A stretch of 63,142 bases of DNA, counting the filler. It is 7 parts of 7 records of this genome, joined end to end, with 100 filler letters (N's around TTAATTAATTAA, not from the genome) between each part and the next. Parts side by side here need not be neighbours in the genome. Positions count along the whole stretch, not along the records: positions 21,050 to 31,476 come from SRR2962707_3417; positions 31,577 to 37,313 come from SRR2962707_3419; 5 more parts are not named here. One strand, written 5' to 3'. The position numbers were made by a program, and so were the translations under genes. The notes below the pieces were generated by a model. The model searched no databases and was not told the DNA's origin. It saw only the letters and a list, made by a program, of their open reading frames with translations. Below, piece after piece: positions 21,521-31,657 of the stretch (positions within the stretch are counted from its first letter, which is position 1; each line of letters opens with the position of its first letter).

Positions 21521-21887
21521 AATAAAATTTTCTGTTGTTTCCAGGAAGGACGATCCTGCGCCACGAGTTCATGCGTGCGAGGTTGCTGTCCTCAGACTCT
21601 TGTCAACAGACGGCAGATGGCGGCATTTAAACTGTCTTGCCCGGAATGTATAGCGATTGTTGCATTTCATTTGGGTCATAACGGACATAACCGAAAGAAC
21701 GTGAGCGCATAGCGCCGCGCCCTTGCACGAATAACCGAAACAAAAAACGCTCAAAATCCCCCATGATTGGTTGTGATAACGTGCCGTCAACGAAAGAGGT
21801 GTCACCCTGCCCGTTGACTTCGTATTGCAGGCACGCTTTCTGATACAACGACCTGACCTATTCCTGTTTGTGAGAACCAGTCGTTCA

Positions 21888-22889
21888 ATGACAACGCTTA
21901 CCCAAGACCTCGCCGCTTTTGTTAGCCAACAAGGAACCTCAACGAAAAACTGGCAGTTGTTGCCTGCGGATGCCTCGTCTCGTCGGTATTACCGTCAAGC
22001 TGACACTCCTTTTGGCCCGGCGCTTTTGATGGTGACAGAACCGGATGCCCCGGATTTTCACGCCTATGTGGAGATCGCGCAGCACCTTTGTACTATGGAT
22101 CTTTCGGCGCCAAAGGTGCTGGCTCAGGATGCCATGCGTGGCCTGGCCCTAATCGAAGATTTTGGCGACACGACGTACAACAACCTTTTACGTGCCGGCC
22201 ACAATGAAACGGCCTTGTATGATCTGGCCATCGACACGTTAATCGCGTTGCATGAGAACAGCGAAAGCTGCTCAATTGATTTACCGGCTTATGACATGCC
22301 GACCCTTCTGCGCGAAGCTCATCTGTTTTCTGATTGGTTTGCCCCACAACTTCGTTCGGCTAACGATTTAGCGCAGTATAAAGAGCAAGCGGACCAAATC
22401 TGGCGTACTGCCTTGTCTGACATCGCTGAATGCAGGTCCGCCCTTGTGCTGCGGGATTTCCATATCGACAACCTCATTCTGTTGTCGGATCGAACCGGTG
22501 TCGCGGCCTGTGGCTTGCTCGATTTTCAGGATGGACTGCTTGGTGCCCCGGCTTATGACGTTATGTCGCTCACTCAGGATGCGCGCCGGGACGTGGCTCC
22601 TGAGCTAGAGGCGCATCTGTTGGCCCGGTATTTTGCCGGACGTTCCCAGATTGACCAAGACGCATTCCGGCGGGACTATGCCTTGTTGGCGGCACAGCGG
22701 CACGCCAAAGTTGCCGGGATCTTCCTGCGCCTGTACCTGCGGGACGGCAAGCCGACCTATTTAAAACATGTACCACGCGTACTGCGCCTTTTGTCCGCAG
22801 CCCTAGAGGACGCAGGATTACAGGAACTGGCAAAGTTGAATGATACTTGGCTGCCCTCTTGGCGGGCGTGGCAGCCGCCGTCCCTATGA
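21888..22889 (+). CDS. APH-fold phosphotransferase, AmgK-like anomeric sugar kinase
   Basis: DASSRRYYR, LRDFHIDNL, LDFQDG, YDVMSL.QDARRD and RDGKPTYL. Confidence 0.8.
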   Translation: MTTLTQDLAAFVSQQGTSTKNWQLLPADASSRRYYRQADTPFGPALLMVTEPDAPDFHAYVEIAQHLCTMDLSAPKVLAQDAMRGLALIEDFGDTTYNNLLRAGHNETALYDLAIDTLIALHENSESCSIDLPAYDMPTLLREAHLFSDWFAPQLRSANDLAQYKEQADQIWRTALSDIAECRSALVLRDFHIDNLILLSDRTGVAACGLLDFQDGLLGAPAYDVMSLTQDARRDVAPELEAHLLARYFAGRSQIDQDAFRRDYALLAAQRHAKVAGIFLRLYLRDGKPTYLKHVPRVLRLLSAALEDAGLQELAKLNDTWLPSWRAWQPPSL

Positions 22890-22911
22890 CGTTTTCACAA
22901 AAAGGCGTGCT

Positions 22912-23391
22912 ATGACGCAAAACCCCTTCCTTTCGACCGATCCTACCCGTGCCGCGATCTGGGACATGCACATCCGGGACGATATCGACGCCTTTATTGC
23001 GGGTGACTGGTCAGCCATCGAAGACACGTTTGTTTCCGACGGATTTATCGCTCTGGACGCAAACCGATCCAGCACCCCCGGGGACTGGCGGATCGCGTTT
23101 CATTCGCTTGACGCCTATCGGGACGAATGGTTACGCCAATCCCAGGACACACTGACCAAAGCCAACCCAGAAACGTTGCGCACAGCACTGTTCGACGGCA
23201 CCTCAGCGCAGAGGATCGACTTCTATCAGGGCAATACCGCGATCTTGCATAAACGGTTTGATGGCCTAATGCCATTACGTGATGGCCGTTCAGAGAGTTT
23301 TCAATGGCAATCCGTATTCACCCTGCGACAGGTGGATAGCGTGTGGAAGGTGGTCTCATTCGTCGGCTACCTGCCTTTGCAAGGCGTTTAG
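22912..23391 (+). CDS. Conserved hypothetical protein, probable NTF2/SnoaL-like fold
   Basis: Pattern DIDAFIAGDW...AYRDEWLRQ...HKRFDG...WKVVSFVGYL. Abuts the next gene. Confidence 0.6.
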   Translation: MTQNPFLSTDPTRAAIWDMHIRDDIDAFIAGDWSAIEDTFVSDGFIALDANRSSTPGDWRIAFHSLDAYRDEWLRQSQDTLTKANPETLRTALFDGTSAQRIDFYQGNTAILHKRFDGLMPLRDGRSESFQWQSVFTLRQVDSVWKVVSFVGYLPLQGV

Positions 23392-24732
23392 ATGCAGCGA
23401 ATATACAAACCCTCGGCTTACGACGGCACGGACATTGCCAACAGCTATTGGGCCACCACGGTTCCCGCTGAAGCGCGCACATATCCCGACGTCAGCGCCG
23501 ACATCACAACCGAAGTCGCCATAATCGGAGGCGGGTTTACCGGGCTGTCTTGTGCTCTGCATCTGGCGCGGGACTTTGGCATCGAGTGCACGGTCCTAGA
23601 GGCCGGACCCATTGGTTGGGGGGCATCGGGGCGAAACGGAGGGTTCGCCTGCGTCGGTGGCGCGAAAGCCCCGACCACGCGATTGATCAAGTCATTTGGC
23701 GAACCAGCCGTTAAAGAGTTCTTTGTCGCCCAGCAAACGTCCATTCAACTCGTGCATGATATCCTTGAGACCAACGAGATTGATGCCGACCGCCATTCCG
23801 ACGGAGAGTTGGTGTTGGCTCATAAGCCCAGCGCAATGAACGATTTGCGCACCGAAGCCGATGTCTTTGAGCATTTTCTGGGTCTGCCGTCGACGGTCCT
23901 CCCGGTTGAAGCTTTGGAAGAGACCGGAATGCGGGGAACCGGGTTTCACGGCGGGGTCATCACCCCGATCGGCTTTGCGTTGAATCCGATGAAATACGTC
24001 AGTGGTCTGGCGCAAGCTGCTCAGCGGCACAAAGCGGACTTACGGTCTCAGAGTCCGGTGCAGTCGGTGCGCCGACTTCCGGACGGCGGGTTCGCGTTAA
24101 GAGTAAACGGGCACCGCGTCAGGGCGAAAAAATTGATCGTCGCAACAAATGGTTACAGCTCCGAAGATGTGCCCTCTGGATTGGGTGGGCGTTATTTGCC
24201 TGTCCTGTCCAACATCGGGGTCACCCGCCCTTTGACCTCGTCCGAGCTTGCGGATCAGGGGTGGACCACAGACATGATGGCCTCGGATTCCCGCAATTTA
24301 CTGCATTACTTCCGCTTGATGCCCAATCGGCGTTTTTTGTTTGGGATGCGCGGCGGCACCCAGGTGTCACCCGCGACGTTGCGCAAGATGAAACAGGACC
24401 TGCGTGCTGATTTTGACCGGATGTTTCCCGCCTGGTCATCGGTCGAGTTCTCGCATTTCTGGGCTGGATTGGTGTGCATGACACGCGACCTGATCCCTTT
24501 TGTCGGCCAGCTCCCAGACTTGCCCGGGGCCTATGCCAGCCTTGGATATCATGGAAATGGCGTCGCTATGAGCACCTATTGTGGGAAGCTCACCGCAGAG
24601 CTGGTCAGCGGACACCGTAAGAAAGAGCAAGTGCCCGCGATCTTGCAGGCACCGCTGCGCAAGTTCCCGATTTCTGCGCTGCGTCGTCATTATCTGGCGC
24701 CGCTTTATGCAGCTTTGGCCCTGATCGACTAG
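23392..24732 (+). CDS. FAD-dependent oxidoreductase (DAO/PuuB-like)
   Basis: IIGGGFTG, GASGRNGG, ATNGYS and GYHGNGV. Confidence 0.85.
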   Translation: MQRIYKPSAYDGTDIANSYWATTVPAEARTYPDVSADITTEVAIIGGGFTGLSCALHLARDFGIECTVLEAGPIGWGASGRNGGFACVGGAKAPTTRLIKSFGEPAVKEFFVAQQTSIQLVHDILETNEIDADRHSDGELVLAHKPSAMNDLRTEADVFEHFLGLPSTVLPVEALEETGMRGTGFHGGVITPIGFALNPMKYVSGLAQAAQRHKADLRSQSPVQSVRRLPDGGFALRVNGHRVRAKKLIVATNGYSSEDVPSGLGGRYLPVLSNIGVTRPLTSSELADQGWTTDMMASDSRNLLHYFRLMPNRRFLFGMRGGTQVSPATLRKMKQDLRADFDRMFPAWSSVEFSHFWAGLVCMTRDLIPFVGQLPDLPGAYASLGYHGNGVAMSTYCGKLTAELVSGHRKKEQVPAILQAPLRKFPISALRRHYLAPLYAALALID

Positions 24733-24750
24733 GCCAAAGCCCCATTCGGA

Positions 24751-25398
24751 TCAGTTCTCTGAGTTGTCGCGCCACTTCACATCGTAATGTGTGCCATCAC
24801 AAAATGGCTTGTTCTTGGACTGCCCGCAGCGGCACAGAACATATTTTGCGCGGCTTGCCCCAACGCCGTTGAAATCGGCATCCAAAGCAACGTTTTTCAC
24901 CCAATACGGCCCATGTTTCTCGATCGATATTTCGACATCGCCCTGAGTTAAGTGTTGGGACGGCTCTTCCCCCATTTTCAACCTCAGCGCTCCAGACGGG
25001 CAGGCCCCCAGCGCGCTTAGCAACTCGGCCATCGTGCCCTTTTCCGGTGACACCCAAGGCCTTTCCTTGGGCTTGAAAATTGACCCAGCTTTTGCGGCGC
25101 ATTTTCCGGCGTGGCTGCACAAAACGGGCGTATATGCGACCGTCACCTCTTGACCATCGATTTCGCCCGTATACGCAATCTCACTGTTGCGAATGTTGCT
25201 ATGATCGGGTGCGCTTTCAAATCCAACGGCATTGTGGCTGCCATCGCAAAACGGTTTTTTCTTGGAGTGACCGCAACGGCACAGCGCCACCATCGGCTTT
25301 TTCTCGACCGTGGTACCGTCAACATCGCGAATGATGGGCGGGTTAGAGACAAGAAGCGGGCCGTTTTCCTTCAAGTTGATTTTAGGATCATCAGACAT
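24751..25398 (-). CDS. CDGSH Fe-S protein: CDGSH / divergent 4Fe-4S (DUF1271-like) / CDGSH
   Basis: CRCGHSKKKPFCDGSH and CRCGQSKNKPFCDGTH flank CSHAGKC...CPSGAL. Confidence 0.88.
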   Translation of the reverse strand: MSDDPKINLKENGPLLVSNPPIIRDVDGTTVEKKPMVALCRCGHSKKKPFCDGSHNAVGFESAPDHSNIRNSEIAYTGEIDGQEVTVAYTPVLCSHAGKCAAKAGSIFKPKERPWVSPEKGTMAELLSALGACPSGALRLKMGEEPSQHLTQGDVEISIEKHGPYWVKNVALDADFNGVGASRAKYVLCRCGQSKNKPFCDGTHYDVKWRDNSEN

Positions 25399-25691
25399 AG
25401 TCACGCCCCTTTTCATTTGGTTGGGTAGAAACCCAAAGACTCATGCCCTCGGGATCTTTGCCTGATCAAAGCAAACCGCAGTTGCCATTACAGATCAACA
25501 GTCAATCTGTCGGCCTATCCAGTCTGGCAAACGACAAGCGAAGGGTCGAATTCGACAGACCGTCGCGCGACTGCAAAGCATTTCCTTACAATCCATAAAA
25601 TTATTTGCCAATTATTTCTTGTTCAGTTTCGGATTAGAAATCGGTCACGCGTGACGCGAACTCAGCCCTTCTTTGCATTGGAATATTTCAC

Positions 25692-26108
25692 ATGACCCAA
25701 CACCCTGCTGATCCAACACCCCAAGACACCACAGAAATTGGCCGTGCTTTGGCCGACAAGCTTAATCCCGGCATGGAAGACGTTCTGAACGAACGCTATG
25801 GGCATCTTTTACCGGGAATGGCCGAGGCCATCGTCGATTTTGGCTTTGGTCGTCAATATGCCCGTCCTGCCCTGCCCCTGCGCGATCGCTATTTAGCAAC
25901 CATCGCTGCCCTGACAGCGCAGGGCGGTCATACCGCACCGCAGCTCAAAATCAACATCGCCAGTGGATTAAAGGCCGGCCTCACACGGACTGAAATCGCC
26001 GAGGTTATTTGGCAAATGGCGCTTTACGGCGGTTTTCCAGCAATGATCAACGGACTGAACGCCGCCCTTGAAGTGTTTGCGGAGGAAGATCAGAAAGCGG
26101 CTTCATAG
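25692..26108 (+). CDS. Carboxymuconolactone decarboxylase/AhpD-like family protein
   Basis: FG..YARP.L..RDR.L.TIAAL, GLTRTEI.E and YGGFP motifs. No CxxC. Confidence 0.82.
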   Translation: MTQHPADPTPQDTTEIGRALADKLNPGMEDVLNERYGHLLPGMAEAIVDFGFGRQYARPALPLRDRYLATIAALTAQGGHTAPQLKINIASGLKAGLTRTEIAEVIWQMALYGGFPAMINGLNAALEVFAEEDQKAAS

Positions 26109-26203
26109 GGCACGAAGCTCGATCCCTGTCCCTAAGCAGAGGAAAGCCGGTTGACATTCCCCCCCCTGTCATTGCGCATAGACGCAAAGGGAAAGGGAGG
26201 CCC

Positions 26204-27247
26204 ATGAAAACCAAAATTCGCGCTGCAGTCATTGGGATTGATCACAATCACATCAACGGCATGATCGCGGGAATGCGCCGCGCCGATGCTGAAATCGTGG
26301 CCTGGTGCACCGGACACGACACCCAGCCCGACCAACGTCAACGCTTTGAACAAGCCTATCCAGACCTTCCGGAACGCGACAGAACCGCCATTATGGAAGA
26401 TCCAAGCGTTGACCTTATTCTGACAGCGGCCATCGCCAATGAACGCGCTGAAATCGCAACCGCTGCAATGCGCCATGGCAAGGACGTTCTGGTCGACAAA
26501 CCCGGATGTACCACGTTTGGTCAACTGGCTGAGCTGCGCCGCGTCGCTAAAGAAACCGGGCAATTCTGGTTTGTGTATTTTTCTGAACGTATCAACGTTG
26601 AAAGCGCGACATTGGCCAGCACCATGGTGGCCGAGGGGCGCATCGGCAAAGTTGTTCAGACCATCGGCCTTGGCCCCCATCGCCTAGGGCCTGCGACACG
26701 CGCGCCTTGGCTATGGAACAACATGCGGGCGGGCGGTATCTTGGTGGACATTGCTGCACATCAATTTGACCAATTCCTGCATTTCACCGGATCGCAAAAG
26801 GCAGAGGTTGTCACAGCTCATATCGGCAACGTGGCCAATCCTGAAACCCCAGCGTTTCAGGATTTTGGCGAAGTTGTCTTGGCTGGTGATGAAGGGCGCG
26901 GCTATGCACGTGTCGATTGGCTAACCCCGGATGGGTTGCCGACATGGGGCGATGGGCGCATGACCATTATGGGCACAGAGGGCTATATCGAACTGCGCAA
27001 ATACGTCGATATCGCTGGGCGAGACGGCAAAGATCATCTGTTCCTCGTCGACGGTAAGGGGATGACCTATGTCGACGCCACAGGATCCGGCACACCGTTT
27101 TTCGAGCTTTTCGCCAATGATATTCGTGAGCGGACAGAGACAGCGATGACACAGTCCCATGCGTTTCAGGCGACAGAGCTGGCTTTGCAAGCCCAAGAAA
27201 TGGCGGAAAGCGCGACAGGCACTGCCTCAACCACCGGAACCGCCTAG
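26204..27247 (+). CDS. Gfo/Idh/MocA family oxidoreductase
   Basis: AAVIGIDHNHI, GKDVLVDKP, GGILVDIAAHQ and WGDGR. Confidence 0.88.
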   Translation: MKTKIRAAVIGIDHNHINGMIAGMRRADAEIVAWCTGHDTQPDQRQRFEQAYPDLPERDRTAIMEDPSVDLILTAAIANERAEIATAAMRHGKDVLVDKPGCTTFGQLAELRRVAKETGQFWFVYFSERINVESATLASTMVAEGRIGKVVQTIGLGPHRLGPATRAPWLWNNMRAGGILVDIAAHQFDQFLHFTGSQKAEVVTAHIGNVANPETPAFQDFGEVVLAGDEGRGYARVDWLTPDGLPTWGDGRMTIMGTEGYIELRKYVDIAGRDGKDHLFLVDGKGMTYVDATGSGTPFFELFANDIRERTETAMTQSHAFQATELALQAQEMAESATGTASTTGTA

Positions 27248-28116
27248 AGACGAACGTCGACCGTGTAACGGAACTGGGCCGCCTTCCCGGCGGCAAGATC
27301 ATAAACATAGGGGCGTTCCTGCATCTGAGACGACGCTCCGGTTACCGCGTCCATCCCGTGCCAAGGTTCGATACACAGATAGGGCGCGCCAGGTTTTGTC
27401 CAAATCCCAAGGTTCGGCAGGTTTTCAAAACTGAATTTCAGCTCCGGGCCACCGGGCACGCCAAAGGTTAAACCTTCACCTGCGCCTTCGGGGAAAATCA
27501 TCGCGTCCTCAATGAACTGATCCGAATGCAGGGCTAAGCGACCCTCGTCAAATGGCGACGGGTAGCGGTCCTTTGGCAAAGATCCGTCTTTGAGGCGCGC
27601 CAAGGCGGGTGCGCCCCTGCTGTCCAACCGGACTTCATGAACCAACCCTTCTCCGCCCGGCAAAGGCCAACGAAACGCTGGATGAAACCCAAAGCCAAAA
27701 GGCATGCTGTCGTCGCCAAGGTTCTCAACCTCTGCTGTCACCTCTAACGCGGTGCCAATCAGGCGATGCGTTATGCTAAATCGGAACTCAAATGGATAGA
27801 TCTCGCGGGTTGCCTCACTGTCCTTCAAGACATGGCGGCACATGTCCGGCGCAGTTTCAGCGAGATTAAAAACGGACGTCCGCGCAAAACCGTGTTTCGG
27901 CATGTCGCCTTCAAGCTCCCCAAAAGCAAGCCGTCCGTTAGGCGCGCGACCCACGATCGGAAACAAGATCGGTGAACGTCCTGTCCAATGTTCGGGACTG
28001 CCGTCCCATAACACATCCAGTCCAGAGTGGGTTTTAATGCGCTGTGTTTCAGCCCCAAGGGCCGAGACAGACACCACAAGATGGTCGTTTTCAATTGTAG
28101 TGGACTCCGCGGTCAT
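27244..28116 (-). CDS. Aldose 1-epimerase family protein (LacX-like)
   Basis: WTGRSPILFP, HGFAR, GFHPAF and LCIEPWHG. Confidence 0.88.
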   Translation of the reverse strand: MTAESTTIENDHLVVSVSALGAETQRIKTHSGLDVLWDGSPEHWTGRSPILFPIVGRAPNGRLAFGELEGDMPKHGFARTSVFNLAETAPDMCRHVLKDSEATREIYPFEFRFSITHRLIGTALEVTAEVENLGDDSMPFGFGFHPAFRWPLPGGEGLVHEVRLDSRGAPALARLKDGSLPKDRYPSPFDEGRLALHSDQFIEDAMIFPEGAGEGLTFGVPGGPELKFSFENLPNLGIWTKPGAPYLCIEPWHGMDAVTGASSQMQERPYVYDLAAGKAAQFRYTVDVRL

Positions 28117-28229
28117 GGCCATCTCCGAACAGGGAATTTTGACCAATCTGCCTTACCAAAGCGCCGGACGCCATAGAAGACAGTAGCCAAATTCGCCAAG
28201 CCTGAAAAATGCCGGACCGCGGTTTAATG

Positions 28230-29747
28230 CTAGGCGGTCGTGAGCAAATCCACGAACTGGTCGCGAAGAATGTTCTTTTGCACTTTGCCCATCGTGTTGC
28301 GCGGCAGCTCATCCATGACGACCAGTTTACGAGGATGTTTAAAGCGCGCCAACGACTGACGGACCCCCTCCATAATCTGATCAAGATCCGGTGATTTTCC
28401 AGCAGCTGGAATGATTATCCCCAGAACTGTCTCGCCAAAATCAGGGTGTGGCACACCGACGACGGCACTTTCCAACACGTCGGGATGATCATCCAAGATC
28501 AATTCGATCTCCTTTGGATAAATATTGTACCCGCCGGAAATGATCAGATCTTTGTTGCGCCCAACGATATGAACGTAACCGTCGTCGTCTATCTTGCCCA
28601 AATCCCCAGTGATGAAAAACCCGTCATCCCGAAGCTCAGCAGCCGTCTTTTCTGGCATTTTCCAGTAGCCCTTAAAGACGTTCGAACCGCGCACTTCGAT
28701 CTGCCCGACTTCGCCATCGGGCAACGCATCGCCTGTGTCCGCATTGGTGATTTTCAGCTCTACACCCGGCAAAGGAAAGCCAACCGTTCCGGCACGACGT
28801 TCGCCAACATATGGGTTGGACGTGTTCATATTTGTTTCGGTCATACCATACCGCTCAAGGATCCGGTGGCCGGTAAGCGCTTCGAATTGAGCATGGGTTT
28901 CTGCCAGCAAAGGCGCAGACCCGGAAACAAACAAACGCATATGAGACGTCAGCTCTTTGGTAAAACGATCATCGCTTAGCAGGCGGGTGTAAAAAGTCGG
29001 TACACCCATCATTGTCGTCGCGCGGGGCATCCATTCGATAATCGCGTCCTGATCGAATTTCGGCATGAAAATCATGCTTCCGCCGGATGCCAACATGACA
29101 TTGCTCGCAACAAAAAGCCCGTGCGTGTGAAAGATCGGCAAGGCGTGCAGCAATACGTCATCCGCCGTAAACCGCCACTCTTGGACAAGGGTCTGAGCGT
29201 TTGACAGCAGGTTAATTTGGGTAAGCATCGCCCCTTTGGAACGCCCCGTTGTTCCAGATGTGTAGAGGAACGCCGCAAGATCATCAGCACCGCGATCTAC
29301 GGTGGCGAAGATGCCGGGCCAGACTTTGGCCTTGTCCATCAAAGACCCGGTGCCATCCGCATTCAGCGTCTCAATCTGAGCGTTTAGCTCTGATGCCGTG
29401 GCCGAAAGGCCCGCTTTGTTTTTGCCGTCGCAGACAATCAAAGATGCGCCACTGTTCTCAATGAAATACGTCAGCTCATCTACAGTGTAGGCGGTATTCA
29501 GGGGTAAAAAGACAAATCCGGCCTGAACACAAGCGGCATAAAGAGCCAGTGACTCAGGCGATTTTTCGATCTGGGCAGCAACCCGATCTCCGACGGAAAG
29601 CCCCATCTGCTTCATCGCGTTGGCCATTTGTGCAGCCGTCGCCAAAAACTCCTGATGCGTAATGACATCGCCATTAAGCCGGTACAGAAATGGGCTGGTT
29701 TTTCCCGCGTGAATACCAAAGAGGCTATCGTACAGAAGGTTTGCCAT
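28230..29747 (-). CDS. matB: Malonyl-CoA synthetase
   Basis: YTSGTTGRSKGAML, HALPIFHTHGLFVA, ERYGMTET and MGKVQKN. Lies downstream of malonyl-CoA decarboxylase. Confidence 0.92.
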   Translation of the reverse strand: MANLLYDSLFGIHAGKTSPFLYRLNGDVITHQEFLATAAQMANAMKQMGLSVGDRVAAQIEKSPESLALYAACVQAGFVFLPLNTAYTVDELTYFIENSGASLIVCDGKNKAGLSATASELNAQIETLNADGTGSLMDKAKVWPGIFATVDRGADDLAAFLYTSGTTGRSKGAMLTQINLLSNAQTLVQEWRFTADDVLLHALPIFHTHGLFVASNVMLASGGSMIFMPKFDQDAIIEWMPRATTMMGVPTFYTRLLSDDRFTKELTSHMRLFVSGSAPLLAETHAQFEALTGHRILERYGMTETNMNTSNPYVGERRAGTVGFPLPGVELKITNADTGDALPDGEVGQIEVRGSNVFKGYWKMPEKTAAELRDDGFFITGDLGKIDDDGYVHIVGRNKDLIISGGYNIYPKEIELILDDHPDVLESAVVGVPHPDFGETVLGIIIPAAGKSPDLDQIMEGVRQSLARFKHPRKLVVMDELPRNTMGKVQKNILRDQFVDLLTTA

Positions 29748-29760
29748 GGATTTGTCTTTC

Positions 29761-31008
29761 TTATGCCTGTTGTTTCGAAGCGGAATTCGCCAGCGTTTTC
29801 ACATCATTGGAGGCTACAACAACTTTTGTCGTCGCAAACTGTTCGTGATTTTGAGCCACTTTCGCGAGTTCATATAGATAATTCACCATCGTGCCGCCAG
29901 ATTGGGAACGGCCTTTTTCCGAGGTATCTGCATCAGCGTGGATTGCATGTACCACCGCACCATTGCCTAAATGGAAGCGGGCAACCGGGTCATATGGCAA
30001 GCCGCCGCGCCCTTTGGCCGTCAACAGATACTCTGCCGCGATTGCCTTCATCTGATCGGAGTTTTCGACGTCCCAATCGCGTCCCTCTTTGGTCAGCCAA
30101 CTTGTGAGACCAGGAATGGGCGACAACGTGACAAAAGTCTTTAACCCGGGCAATTCACCGGAAAGATCGGATGCCACTTGCTTGATCAAAGAATTGCCGA
30201 AGGAAATGCTGGCCAAACCCGCTTGGCAGTTGGATATCGAATAAAAGACCGCCGTATCGGCTTCGTCCGCACGCAAAGCATCCCGCCCTTCCGCCAATAG
30301 CCCCTGAACAGAGCCAGGCACCCCTTGCGTCAAGGCCACTTCGACAAAGATCAATGGTTCATCCGGCATGGACGGATGGAAGAAAGCAAAACACCGTCGA
30401 TCTGACGGCTTTAGTCGTCGGCGCAAGTCATCCCAGCTGTCGATGGCATGTACGGCCTCATAAGCAATGATCTTGTCGAGGATATGGGCCGGACTTTCCC
30501 AGTTAATCGGCCGAAGCACCAGAAAACCGCGGTTGAACCAACTGGCAAACAAATGGCGGAAATCTTGATCCAAGGCCTGAAGCTCTGGGTCTTTGGACCC
30601 TAAGCGGAGCAAGTCCGCGCGCATCTGCACCAATGCCCCCGTTGCCCCCTGGACTCGGTTCAATCGCCGTATCAACTCCTGACGTCTGGGCTCGGCCGCC
30701 GCCATGAAGGCCCGATAAGAGCTTTTGGACGGCTGTTGCTCATAGTCGTCAAGCGTTGTGCGAACGGCTTCCGGGTCGATGTTCATATCAGTTGCGATAT
30801 GTTTGAAAAACTGAAGTTTCTCATCATCTTCCATAACTTCAAATCCGGACAAGATGTCCTCTGCCAAGGCAAGGCCTGAGGTCTCTCCTTCTGAACCGAC
30901 CAGCGAACTGGCCAGTTCTTCGAGAGGTCTGCCACCGCGCCCACGCAAGGCGGGCCGGCGGTAGCGCCGTTCAAAGACAGTTAGAAGAATATCGGCAAGT
31001 AACGTCAT
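29761..31008 (-). CDS. matA: Malonyl-CoA decarboxylase
   Basis: YEAVHAI.SWDDL, EPLIFVEVAL, FYSISNCQ, TFVTLSPIPG and DPVARFHLGNGA. Confidence 0.93.
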   Translation of the reverse strand: MTLLADILLTVFERRYRRPALRGRGGRPLEELASSLVGSEGETSGLALAEDILSGFEVMEDDEKLQFFKHIATDMNIDPEAVRTTLDDYEQQPSKSSYRAFMAAAEPRRQELIRRLNRVQGATGALVQMRADLLRLGSKDPELQALDQDFRHLFASWFNRGFLVLRPINWESPAHILDKIIAYEAVHAIDSWDDLRRRLKPSDRRCFAFFHPSMPDEPLIFVEVALTQGVPGSVQGLLAEGRDALRADEADTAVFYSISNCQAGLASISFGNSLIKQVASDLSGELPGLKTFVTLSPIPGLTSWLTKEGRDWDVENSDQMKAIAAEYLLTAKGRGGLPYDPVARFHLGNGAVVHAIHADADTSEKGRSQSGGTMVNYLYELAKVAQNHEQFATTKVVVASNDVKTLANSASKQQA

Positions 31009-31476
31009 CTCGTGGCCCCCATTACATAGTCAGGCAACCACGTTGCCAATCCAGGAAAAAGACAAAGCAGGAAGATAGCCAAGACCATGCAGGCCACATA
31101 GGGCAACGACCCCATCAAAATCGTCTTTAGCGAAATATCCGGCGCAATTCCGTTGATCACATATAGGTTCAAACCAACCGGTGGAGAGATCAGACCGATT
31201 TCCATGTTGATCGTCAGAACGACGGCAAACCAAATCGGATCAAAGCCCGCTGTCGAGATGATCGGCAACAAGATCGGCGCAGCCATTAGGATGACGGCGA
31301 CGGGTGGCAAGAAGAACCCTGCGATCAGTAGAAAGACGTTGACCGCGCCCATGAGCACCCAGCGGTTTACGTCCAAAGTTCCGATCCATTCCGCAATTGA
31401 TTGCGTGATGAACAACGAAGACAGCATGTAAGAAAACACACCAGCGGCGGCGATGATGAACAGGATCATCACGCTT
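31005..31476 (-). CDS. TRAP transporter large permease (DctM-type, malonate MatM-like), C-terminal part
   Basis: GFDPIWFAV and EIGLISPPVGLNLY. ATGA overlap with matA; truncated by the contig edge. Confidence 0.88.
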
Positions 31477-31576
31477 NNNNNNNNNNNNNNNNNNNNNNNN
31501 NNNNNNNNNNNNNNNNNNNNTTAATTAATTAANNNNNNNNNNNNNNNNNNNNNNNNNNNNNNNNNNNNNNNNNNNN
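31477..31576. other. Artificial contig spacer
   Basis: N44-TTAATTAATTAA-N44. Confidence 0.99.
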
Positions 31577-31657
31577 AAAAAAAAAAAAAAAAAAAAAAAC
31601 GAGAATACTTTTAAGAAAAAAGCTGCGCTTGGTGGACTTGTGCCTGCACAAAGTCGA

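Noticed and set aside
28230..31476. Malonate cluster as a novel system
   Set aside because: TRAP-matA-matB is an established alphaproteobacterial malonate utilisation arrangement.
31577..31599. Poly-A runs at contig starts (also 47583-47602) as mRNA tails or retroelement ends
   Set aside because: The contigs contain introns and several genes, so they are genomic. The homopolymers are simply where assembly broke.
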